A stretch of 28,684 bases of DNA from Candidatus Nanopusillus sp. (GCA_036845085.1 DAIUEN010000003.1:1-28684); one strand, 5' to 3'; counted from the first letter of the stretch, positions 16,021 through 24,163 are shown. Numbers and translations are program-made. Notes: generated by a model from the letters alone, not told the origin.

Positions 16021-16182
16021 ATGTATGTTATGGCTTTAGAAGACAGCTTAAGGAGAAGAACAGCTAAAAAGAGAGAAGAAGACGAAGAAGAAGATGAATG
16101 GGATGAAGAACTAGAAGAAGAGTGGGAAGAAGGAGAAGACGAATGGGAATTTGAAGAAGAGTGGGAAGAAGAAGAATGGTAA
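16021..16182 (+). CDS. Acidic Trp-repeat microprotein (53 aa; 56 aa if started at the in-frame ATG at 16012), not in the ORF track
   Basis: Hand translation gives MYVMALEDSLRRRTAKKREEDEEEDEWDEELEEEWEEGEDEWEFEEEWEEEEW*. Clean GAA/GAG/GAT/TGG codon periodicity and a TAA stop. It lies between the NMD3-like gene and aIF-1A on the same strand. Confidence 0.45.
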   Translation: MYVMALEDSLRRRTAKKREEDEEEDEWDEELEEEWEEGEDEWEFEEEWEEEEW

Positions 16183-16211
16183 ATAACTAAACTTTATGTT
16201 TATTTTTTTAA

Positions 16212-16514
16212 ATGCCCAATTTTTACAACTCAGAGGATATACCAATTCCTAAAGGAAGACAAGTTATTGGAATAATAGAAGAAGTTGTTGGATGGGCTCA
16301 TGCCAGAGTAAAATGTTTTGATGGAAAAACAAGAATATGCAGAGTACCAAAAAAGTTATCTAAAAATGTATGGTTAAAGAAGGGATTATATGTCTTAGTT
16401 GAACCTTGGGAATTGCAATCTGATGAACGAGGAGATATTCTTTATACATATACAGAAAATGAAATTGAATGGTTAAAAAACAAGGGATATATAAAGGTTG
16501 AAGAAGAACTTTAG
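16212..16514 (+). CDS. eif1a: Translation initiation factor aIF-1A
   Basis: S1-like OB pattern: PKGRQVIGIIEEVVG..ARVKCFDGKTRICRVPKKL.KNVWLKKGLYVLVEPWE...RGDILYTY. Confidence 0.85.
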   Translation: MPNFYNSEDIPIPKGRQVIGIIEEVVGWAHARVKCFDGKTRICRVPKKLSKNVWLKKGLYVLVEPWELQSDERGDILYTYTENEIEWLKNKGYIKVEEEL

Positions 16515-16518
16515 GTCT

Positions 16519-16589
16519 TGGGCCCGGGGGGATTCGAACCCCCGCCATCGGGTCTGGAGCCCGAGATCCTACCACTAGACTACGGGCCC
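16519..16589 (-). tRNA. tRNA-Trp (anticodon CCA), 71 nt, intron-less
   Basis: Minus-strand read: GGGCCCG TA GTCT AGTGGTA GGAT C TCGGG CT-CCA-GA CCCGA TGGC GGGGG TTCGAAT CCCCC CGGGCCC A. It is convergent with aIF-1A, 5 nt from that gene's stop. Confidence 0.9.
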
Positions 16590-16744
16590 TAAATGTGTCT
16601 ATAGTATTATAAACTTTTATATTTTAGAATAAATACTCGTATAAAAATAAAGCTAAAATAACTAAGACTTCCTCCATCTCTAATATTTCTTGTCTATTTT
16701 CAATTCTATTTTTTTCTTCTTCGGAATTATTGGAGCTTATATTT

Positions 16745-17572
16745 TTATATTTTTCCTCCATCCTTATTTTTCTTTATTATATCCACTGGAAATAATATTA
16801 TAACTTTCTGATTAGGATCTGTAGATATTTCAGTAAGTGTGTGTAATAATCTTAATGTTATAGCATCTGGAGATTTAGATAATATATTTGCAGCTTCTTG
16901 CAAATTTTTAGCCGCAGTTATTTCTCCTTCAGACTTTATTATAACAGCTCTTCTCTCTCTTTCTGCTTCTGCCTGTCTAGCTATAGCCCTTTTTATTTCT
17001 TCTGGTATTATTATATCTTGAATTTTAACTCCAGTAATATCTATTCCCCATGAATCAACAACTTCATCTACTATTTTTCTTACTTTTTCTCCTATTTCAT
17101 CCCTTTTTTGTAAAAGCCCGTCTAATTCTACATCTCCAATAACATCTCTTAAAGCTGTTTGAGAATAAAGAATTGTTGCTTGTTTGTAATTTTCAACATT
17201 TATAATTGCCCTTTCAGGATATTCTACTCTAAAGAAAACAACACCATTTACCCTTACAGGTACATTATCTTTAGTTATAACTTCCTGTGGTGGTATATCT
17301 ATAGATTGTACTCTTAAACTGATTTTTTCTAATCTTTGAATAATTGGTATTACCCATATTAAACCTGGTCCTAGTAGTCCACTATATCTACCTAAAGTAA
17401 ATAATACCCCACGTTCGTATTCGAAGATAACTTTAATTCCAGAAAGTATATAAATGAGTAAAATAAATCCAAAAAATTTTGCTAGAACACCACCATATTT
17501 CAAAGCTATCAAAGAAAATGCAAGCAAAACAAAAAATATGGTCCACTGCAAATTATTTCTATAAACACCCAT
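16745..17572 (-). CDS. SPFH/band-7 protein (stomatin/prohibitin homologue)
   Basis: Two N-terminal TM helices, then the SPFH core: FEYERGVLFTLGRYSG.LGPGLIWVIP, DIPPQEVITKDNVPVRVNGVVFFRV, AERERRA and a coiled tail. Confidence 0.85.
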   Translation of the reverse strand: MGVYRNNLQWTIFFVLLAFSLIALKYGGVLAKFFGFILLIYILSGIKVIFEYERGVLFTLGRYSGLLGPGLIWVIPIIQRLEKISLRVQSIDIPPQEVITKDNVPVRVNGVVFFRVEYPERAIINVENYKQATILYSQTALRDVIGDVELDGLLQKRDEIGEKVRKIVDEVVDSWGIDITGVKIQDIIIPEEIKRAIARQAEAERERRAVIIKSEGEITAAKNLQEAANILSKSPDAITLRLLHTLTEISTDPNQKVIILFPVDIIKKNKDGGKI

Positions 17573-17619
17573 ACTCTTTATGTTGCAGATATATTTTTAT
17601 ATCTTATGTAATAGCGTTA

Positions 17620-18480
17620 CTAGAAGTAACCTAAGATATACTTTTTTGCTATTTCATTAGCAAAAGATAATCTATCTTTCGGATTAAAATTTTTTATGTA
17701 CCCATAAAAATTCGCAGCATTCCAAGTATCACCAGCTCCAGTAATAACTTTCGGACGTTCTTTTTTTACATTGATTATTATGTCATCTGGTAAAGTATAT
17801 GTAAAATCTGAAGTATGAATATCTAAATGTTCTAAATTTAATTTTTTAAATAATTCCTTAGCTTTATCTGTTATACTACCATTTATTTCAAAAAATTTAG
17901 ACAAAAAATTTAGTTCATTTTCATTTAAACTCAAAACCCAAACCCCATATTCATTTATTATTCTGACTAAGTCCTTAACCCTATTTTTAGCCACAGTAAG
18001 GTCCCCAACATCAAGATAAACTTTTGCATTTGTTTCTCTTAGTATATATTCTAATAGATCATTAGATTTTTCATTGTTATTCCAATTACCAAAAACTATA
18101 TAATCCGAATGTTTTAATATATTTTCATAAATTTTTATTTCATTACTTCCAATCTGAATTCCTTTAGGATCAGTTAACATGATATTTTTATCTTCACTCT
18201 CCAAAGCTACAGTAACAGAATCTTCTGTTTTTGTAACAAATAAATTAATTGGTAATTTATTTTTTTCTATATATTCCTTTATTAAAATTTCTCCAATTTT
18301 TCCAGTAAATACTATAAGATTATGTTCTATTCCTAATTTTGCTAAAGCTATAGAAAAATTTGTAGCATTCCCACCAAGTTTTATATAATTTTTAGTCCAA
18401 ATATTACCTTCTTTTTTATTTAACTTATAATCTCTAACTATTACATCTATAAAAATATCTGGCAAAACCGTTATATCCAT
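17620..18480 (-). CDS. PfkB-family carbohydrate/nucleoside kinase
   Basis: GGNATNFSIALAKLG near the N-terminus and the ribokinase-type signature VITGAGDTWNAANF near the C-terminus. The substrate is not assignable from sequence alone. Confidence 0.7.
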   Translation of the reverse strand: MDITVLPDIFIDVIVRDYKLNKKEGNIWTKNYIKLGGNATNFSIALAKLGIEHNLIVFTGKIGEILIKEYIEKNKLPINLFVTKTEDSVTVALESEDKNIMLTDPKGIQIGSNEIKIYENILKHSDYIVFGNWNNNEKSNDLLEYILRETNAKVYLDVGDLTVAKNRVKDLVRIINEYGVWVLSLNENELNFLSKFFEINGSITDKAKELFKKLNLEHLDIHTSDFTYTLPDDIIINVKKERPKVITGAGDTWNAANFYGYIKNFNPKDRLSFANEIAKKYILGYF

Positions 18481-18532
18481 ATAACTTTATTTATTTTTCA
18501 AAATTAACAAAAAATTTATATAAAAATAAAAG

Positions 18533-19864
18533 CTATTTAACTTCTATTTTCTTCTCTTTTACTTCTAATACTTGTCCTACACCTATAGTAATATTCATAT
18601 CTCTAATTGCAAATCTTCCTAAAGTAGTTCCTGGGAAGTCTTGGAATTTTTCTACTACTACTGGCTTTATAGGTACAAATCTTACGATTGCTGCATCTCC
18701 TTTCTTTATTGTTGAAGGATTCTTTTCTACTTCTTGTCCAGTTCTTGGATCTAATCTTGATACAATCTCAACAATTTTTGCAGCTACTGTTGCTGTATGT
18801 ATGTGTAAAACTGGTGTATATCCTACAGCTATTTGAGATGGATGATTTAATATGAATATTCTTGCTGTAAATTCTTCTGCAACTTTTGGTAATGGTTCTC
18901 CAATTTTGCCTGCAACGTCTCCTCTAGATATATCTCCACTTTCTGGTCCTTTTACGTTAAATCCTATGTTATCTCCTGCTACAGCTTCATCTAATCTTTC
19001 ATGATGTATTTCTATTGATTTTACTTCACCTACAACTCCATTAGGCTTTTTAGACGGTAAGAATATAACCTTATCTCCCACCCTTAATCTTCCAGATTCA
19101 ACCTTTCCAGTTGGTACTAGACCTACCCCTTTAATGTTATATATATCCCCTATTGGAATTCTTAATGGTTTGTCTACCAATCTTGGAGGTTGGTCATATA
19201 GATCAAATGCTTCATATAGTGTAGGTCCATTATACCATGGCATATTCGGAGATTTCTTAGTAACATTTTCGTCATCTTTATATGCAGAAATAGGAACTAC
19301 AGCCTTTATCTGATTTTCTTGATATCCTATAGCCTTTGCTAATTGTAATACCATATTTTTTACTTCTTCAAACCTTTTCTGATCATAGTTAACAGCATCC
19401 ATTTTTGATACTGCAATAATTAATTGTGATAATCCTAAAGATCTTAACAATATTAAATGTTCTCTTCCTTGTCCTTCAGGACTTAATGCTGTCTCTGCTT
19501 CACCTTTAGCAGCAGATACTACCAATACTGCAGCATCAGCTTGTGCAGAACCTGTTATCATATTCTTAATAAAGTCTCTGTGTCCTGGTAAATCTAATAT
19601 TGTAATTTCATATTTTTTTGTAATTATCTTTACTGCAGTTGGATCTATGGTTACACCTCTTTCCCTTTCTTCTTTTCCTTTATCTAATAAATAAGCTATA
19701 TCTTCAGTAACTTTTCCTGTTTCTTGTGCAATCTTTTTTGCTTCTTCCAATATTTTCTGATCCACCAATCCCAACGATATTAATAATCTTCCTACTAATG
19801 TTGACTTTCCATTATCTACATGCCCTACTACAGCGAGGTTTAAGTGTGGCTTTTCCTTTGGCAT
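18533..19864 (-). CDS. tuf: Translation elongation factor EF-1 alpha
   Basis: G1 GHVDNGKST, RGVTID, G3 DLPGHRDF and NKMD-equivalent SKMD, with domains II/III conserved to the C-terminus. Confidence 0.95.
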   Translation of the reverse strand: MPKEKPHLNLAVVGHVDNGKSTLVGRLLISLGLVDQKILEEAKKIAQETGKVTEDIAYLLDKGKEERERGVTIDPTAVKIITKKYEITILDLPGHRDFIKNMITGSAQADAAVLVVSAAKGEAETALSPEGQGREHLILLRSLGLSQLIIAVSKMDAVNYDQKRFEEVKNMVLQLAKAIGYQENQIKAVVPISAYKDDENVTKKSPNMPWYNGPTLYEAFDLYDQPPRLVDKPLRIPIGDIYNIKGVGLVPTGKVESGRLRVGDKVIFLPSKKPNGVVGEVKSIEIHHERLDEAVAGDNIGFNVKGPESGDISRGDVAGKIGEPLPKVAEEFTARIFILNHPSQIAVGYTPVLHIHTATVAAKIVEIVSRLDPRTGQEVEKNPSTIKKGDAAIVRFVPIKPVVVEKFQDFPGTTLGRFAIRDMNITIGVGQVLEVKEKKIEVK

Positions 19865-19920
19865 AACACTAATATTATTAATAAGGTATATAAATATTGA
19901 TCAAAAACAAAAATAAAAAC

Positions 19921-20850
19921 TTATAACAGCTGGCTAAATATTTGATCGAATATTTCATATGGTAATGCTCCGGAAAATACTATCAATATATACTTGTTAT
20001 CTGGAGTTGAATAAATTTCATAAGATAATCCATATACTTTTAATCTATCCAATATTTGTCTTACATTTTTTATTTTTTGTAGATCAATATTCGATGTTTT
20101 TACAGATATTACAAATGAAGGTGTACCTCCAATACCATAATTGTCTGAAGCTTCTTTTAGTGATCTATCCATATATCTGTACACTTCTGGATCTTCCAAA
20201 CATTTATGTATTTTACTTATATCTACTAACATTTTTCTAGACTGTAAATATTCATCAAAGTATTCTCTTACTTCGTCAACACTTGATTTTTTAACCCATT
20301 CTGATTGTTTTTCAAATAAGAAGCTCTTAAATTTTGCCCAGCTATCTACTCCATATTCTTTATATACACAAACTGAGTATGCTCCAGATATATTTGCGTA
20401 TGGGTGTATGGAATAAAGAGGATAAAGCTTATACACGAAAGCTATCTTTCCTGTTTTAATATAGTTCTCTTCTATTTGCTTAAATGATCTTAAGTAGAAA
20501 ACAGCACAATAAGGACATTGATATTCTGCATATTCAAATAATACTACCTTTGCATTATTTAGATCCCCCATTACGGCATCATATTGAGATATTTCAGGTA
20601 GTGGTGCTGTTGGTAAAGTTTGTAAATATAAATCCCAACTACTAGCATTAGTATATTTAAACTGTGGCATAAAAGAAAGCATAAGATAAAATGTGGCTAT
20701 ATTTACCAATGAAATTATCACTGCTAACATTATTATGCCTTTAATGTCTAAAGAAATTTTGATTCTTTTTATATCAATCCCTTTACCTTCATCAATGTTT
20801 TGTCCTTTTAATTCCTCTTTTTTTTCAATATTATTTCTATTTTCGGCCAT
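19921..20850 (-). CDS. Membrane-anchored DsbA/thioredoxin-fold thiol:disulfide oxidoreductase
   Basis: A charged N-terminal region, one TM helix (IIMLAVIISLVNIATFYLMLSF), the CxxC active site in FEYAEYQCPYCAVFY and the cis-Pro-loop-like GGTPSFVI. Confidence 0.7.
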   Translation of the reverse strand: MAENRNNIEKKEELKGQNIDEGKGIDIKRIKISLDIKGIIMLAVIISLVNIATFYLMLSFMPQFKYTNASSWDLYLQTLPTAPLPEISQYDAVMGDLNNAKVVLFEYAEYQCPYCAVFYLRSFKQIEENYIKTGKIAFVYKLYPLYSIHPYANISGAYSVCVYKEYGVDSWAKFKSFLFEKQSEWVKKSSVDEVREYFDEYLQSRKMLVDISKIHKCLEDPEVYRYMDRSLKEASDNYGIGGTPSFVISVKTSNIDLQKIKNVRQILDRLKVYGLSYEIYSTPDNKYILIVFSGALPYEIFDQIFSQLL

Positions 20851-20923
20851 TTAAGTATTTGGATAGTTAAGAATTTAAGATTAATATCATAATTTATATA
20901 AGTTATGGTAGAATATCGGATCT

Positions 20924-23900
20924 ATGAATAGGCAAACTTTGAGAGATATAGAAAATTTAGTCAAAGAGTTCTGGACCAAGAATTTTATATATGAGAAATG
21001 GGCTTTAATGGGTGACAAAGATAAAAAGTTTATTTTCTTAGAAGGGCCGCCATATACAACAGGATCTCCTCATCTAGGTCATGCATATAATAGAGTACTA
21101 AAAGATGTTATATTAAGATATAAAAAGAAACAAGGATTTGATGTATGGATACAAGCAGGTTTTGATATGCATGGGTTACCAATAGAAAATAAAGTTGAAA
21201 ACAAGTTAAATATAAGAAATAAAAAAGAAATAGGGAAAAATATTGAATTATCAAAATTTATTGATGAATGTTATAATTTTTCTTATGGATCTATGTCAGA
21301 ATTTACAAAATTCTACTACTTAATAGGCCACTGGATAGACATTGATAATCCTTATCTTCCAATAAAAAATGAATATATAGAAAAAGTATGGGAAGCTATA
21401 TACAAAGCAAATGAAAAAGGCTTATTATATGAAAATCAAAAACCTGTTTGGTGGTGCCCACATTGTCAAACATCTTTGGCAAAACATGAAATAGAATTAG
21501 GATATGAAGATCCATCATATACCCCTCTTAAAGATACTTCTATATATGTAAAGATAAAAGCTAAGAATAAAGATAATACATATTATATAATTTGGACAAC
21601 AACCCCATGGACCTTAACATTTAATCTAGGAATAATGGTAAATCCAGAAGTTAAATATGTAAAAATAAAAGTAAAGAAAATGTACATTGAAAATATAGAA
21701 ATAGATATGAATAAAAAAGAAACAAAAAACATTAAGATAAAAACTGAAGATAATTATGAATATTGGATAATTGCAAAAGATGTTTTAGAAAAATTAATGA
21801 ATAAATTTAATATAAAAGATTATGAAATTGTTGAAGAGTTTGAAGGATATAAACTAGAAAGTGAAGAATATATACCAGTTTTTTATGAAGAACTGGGTAA
21901 TATATTGGATAATATAAAAGAGGAAAATCCTAATGCATTTAAAATATGGCTATCTAAAGAGTATGTAACTACTGAAGAAGGTACTGGACTCGTCCACGCA
22001 GCTCCTGGTTGTGGACCAGAAGACTTTGAAGTTGCACAAAAATATGGTGTAAAGCCATTTAATACTACAAATGAAGAAGGAGTAATTGAAAAATTAACTC
22101 AGGAATTCAATGGATTAAAGGCTAAATTTGATGATGATAAATTTATACTAAAATTAGTAAAAAAGAAATCATTAGTATTATTTGAATGGTATGAGCACGA
22201 CTATCCTATATGTTGGAGATGTAGAACTAGGTTAATAATAAGAACTACCTCACAATGGTTTATAAATGTTGGAAAATTAAAAGAAAAATTGTTAAAGGAT
22301 TTAAAGAATGTATATTTCGTACCAGAATCTGCTAAAAATTTATTTGAAAATAATATATCCTTCGCTCCAGATTGGGTAATAACTAGACAAAGATATTGGG
22401 GAATACCACTTCCAATATGGAAATGTAAAAACGGACATGTAAAAATTGTTAAAAATGTAAAAGAACTAGAAAAATTAACTGGATATAAATTTAAGAAAAT
22501 AGTTATAGCTATAAAAATTTCAGAATATGCTGAAGAAATGCTAAAAAGGTATTTCAAAGAACATAAAATAGTAAAATTAGAAAATATTAGCTTTGAGGAA
22601 ATTTTAAGATTGTTAGAAAATGAATATGAAGAAAACATAATATACTTAGTAAATAAATTTGATTATGGAATATTGGAAAAAATTAAAGAAAGATATTACT
22701 TAGTAAGAACTCACGGTTTCATAGATTACGACTTAATATTTATATATAACTATAACCTACATAGACCATATATTGATTCTTTTACATTCAAATGTAAAAT
22801 ATGCGGGGAAGAAATGACGAGAATACCCGATGTATTAGATGTATGGATAGATTCTGGATCTGCTACATTTGCTACAAATACATATCCTGTCCATTTCATA
22901 ACAGAAAACAAAGACCAATTAAGAGGTTGGTTTTATTCACTAGCCGTTTGGGGAGAAATATTTTATGACGATATACCATATAAATCAGTATTGGTTGGTG
23001 GATATGTACTAGACTCTCTGGGAAGAAAAATGTCTAAGTCTCTGGGTAATGTAATATCACCTGAAGAAATTATACAAAAATATTCTATAGATACTATGAG
23101 ATTATTCTTAGTTACAGCTACCGGAGCATATGAAGATCTAAAAGTATCTTGGGATGACATAAAAGTTAAATATCAAACATTAAATATTTTATTAAATACA
23201 ACCACATATTTATTAGAATATTCAAAGTACTACAAAGTAAATCCGTCAAAAGTTAATTTAGATAAATTAAGATTCGAAGACTTATATATATTACATATAT
23301 CCGAAAAAACAAAGAAAGAAATATATGATAATTTAGAAAAATTACATACTTGGATTGCTGGAAGATTGTGGGAAAATTTAATTCTAGAATTATCTAGAAC
23401 TTATATAAAATATACTAGAGACAGGATAAAAGAAGATCCAGAAACAGTTCTAGGAGTTATATATAAAGTTTTATACAATATAATAGATATTGGTTCAATC
23501 TTTGTACCACACATTTCAGAATATATATATCAAAAATTAAAAGAAGAATTTGGAGGAGAATACCAATCTATAACATTAAAACCTTTAGAAGAAGTTTATG
23601 ATAAATTTATAGATAAAAGTGGAAAAATAGAAGAAGAGATGGACATAATAAAGGAAATAGTAGAAAATGCTTTATCTCTTAGAAATGATATAAAAATAAA
23701 CATAAGAAGACCTCTAAAAACACTTTACATTTATTACAAAGAGGAAAATAACAAAACAAGAAAAATAATTTCTGTAATATCGAAAGAAGAAATTAGAGAA
23801 TTACTGAAAGAAATAATAAATGTAAAAAACATAATAGCAATCCATAAACAAAATATAGACAAAGAGATAAAGTACGAATTTGATACAACCATAGATAAAG

Positions 23901-24160
23901 AGTTAGAGGAGGAATGGATATATAGAGAAGTTAGAAGAAGACTACAAGAAGGAAGAAAAAGATATGGATTAAGAAAAGGTCAAAAAGCTAAGATAATCAT
24001 ATACTCTGATAAAAAGATTTTAGAAATAATAGAAAAATACAAGAATAAACTAGAAATAGAAACAGATTCTGTAATAGAAATAAAAGAAAGTTCTAAAGGC
24101 TTGGAAAATTATGAAAAGGTTCTGGAATACGACTTCTTCTATAGGGTATACAACTTATAA
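20924..24160 (+). CDS. ileS: Isoleucyl-tRNA synthetase
   Basis: HIGH motif PPYTTGSPHLGHAYN, the IleRS-typical WTTTPWTL in the editing domain, YPICWRCRTRLI, DVWIDSGS and KMSKS (GRKMSKSLGN). Its 1078 aa is in the archaeal IleRS size range. Confidence 0.9.
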   Translation: MNRQTLRDIENLVKEFWTKNFIYEKWALMGDKDKKFIFLEGPPYTTGSPHLGHAYNRVLKDVILRYKKKQGFDVWIQAGFDMHGLPIENKVENKLNIRNKKEIGKNIELSKFIDECYNFSYGSMSEFTKFYYLIGHWIDIDNPYLPIKNEYIEKVWEAIYKANEKGLLYENQKPVWWCPHCQTSLAKHEIELGYEDPSYTPLKDTSIYVKIKAKNKDNTYYIIWTTTPWTLTFNLGIMVNPEVKYVKIKVKKMYIENIEIDMNKKETKNIKIKTEDNYEYWIIAKDVLEKLMNKFNIKDYEIVEEFEGYKLESEEYIPVFYEELGNILDNIKEENPNAFKIWLSKEYVTTEEGTGLVHAAPGCGPEDFEVAQKYGVKPFNTTNEEGVIEKLTQEFNGLKAKFDDDKFILKLVKKKSLVLFEWYEHDYPICWRCRTRLIIRTTSQWFINVGKLKEKLLKDLKNVYFVPESAKNLFENNISFAPDWVITRQRYWGIPLPIWKCKNGHVKIVKNVKELEKLTGYKFKKIVIAIKISEYAEEMLKRYFKEHKIVKLENISFEEILRLLENEYEENIIYLVNKFDYGILEKIKERYYLVRTHGFIDYDLIFIYNYNLHRPYIDSFTFKCKICGEEMTRIPDVLDVWIDSGSATFATNTYPVHFITENKDQLRGWFYSLAVWGEIFYDDIPYKSVLVGGYVLDSLGRKMSKSLGNVISPEEIIQKYSIDTMRLFLVTATGAYEDLKVSWDDIKVKYQTLNILLNTTTYLLEYSKYYKVNPSKVNLDKLRFEDLYILHISEKTKKEIYDNLEKLHTWIAGRLWENLILELSRTYIKYTRDRIKEDPETVLGVIYKVLYNIIDIGSIFVPHISEYIYQKLKEEFGGEYQSITLKPLEEVYDKFIDKSGKIEEEMDIIKEIVENALSLRNDIKINIRRPLKTLYIYYKEENNKTRKIISVISKEEIRELLKEIINVKNIIAIHKQNIDKEIKYEFDTTIDKELEEEWIYREVRRRLQEGRKRYGLRKGQKAKIIIYSDKKILEIIEKYKNKLEIETDSVIEIKESSKGLENYEKVLEYDFFYRVYNL

Positions 24161-24163
24161 ATT
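24154..24163 (+). promoter_or_regulatory. TATA-like box (CTTATAAATT) at -29..-20 of the tbp ATG, overlapping the ileS stop codon
   Basis: Hand-counted. The ileS-tbp spacer is only 22 nt, so the promoter must sit on the ileS 3' end. Confidence 0.35.

Noticed and set aside
16060-16182. The GA-rich purine tract read as a non-coding microsatellite or low-complexity spacer.
   Set aside because: The tract holds a single open frame from ATG to TAA with strict GAA/GAG/GAT/TGG codon periodicity and no frame-breaking irregularities, so I report it as a candidate CDS. The non-coding reading remains the main alternative.
16360-16575. A 71-aa minus-strand ORF (MVGSRAPDPMAGVRIPPGPRP...).
   Set aside because: It runs antisense through aIF-1A and reads through tRNA-Trp. 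Its Pro/Gly/Arg-rich start is just the GC-rich tRNA translated.
3499-16640. Leaderless, RNase-P-independent tRNA transcription as described for N. equitans, which would need a promoter at a fixed distance upstream of tRNA position 1.
   Set aside because: Hand counting gives inconsistent spacing. For tRNA-Arg the A/T boxes sit at about -58..-39 and -21..-12. For tRNA-Ile they sit at about -40..-29 and -26..-19. For tRNA-Trp the box sits at about -36..-25. None lies cleanly at the expected position, so I cannot support the claim from this window.
16624-16677. A 17-aa mini-ORF (MEEVLVILALFLYEYLF) preceded by a GGAGG-like word, in the stomatin to tRNA-Trp spacer.
   Set aside because: It is too short and has no supporting context. 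The GGAGG lies within the ORF rather than upstream of it.
12117-24160. Inteins in MCM or IleRS.
   Set aside because: MCM has a normal length and uninterrupted Walker A and B motifs. The IleRS extra segment is only about 90 aa and lacks Cys/Ser-start and His-Asn-end splicing signatures and homing-endonuclease blocks.
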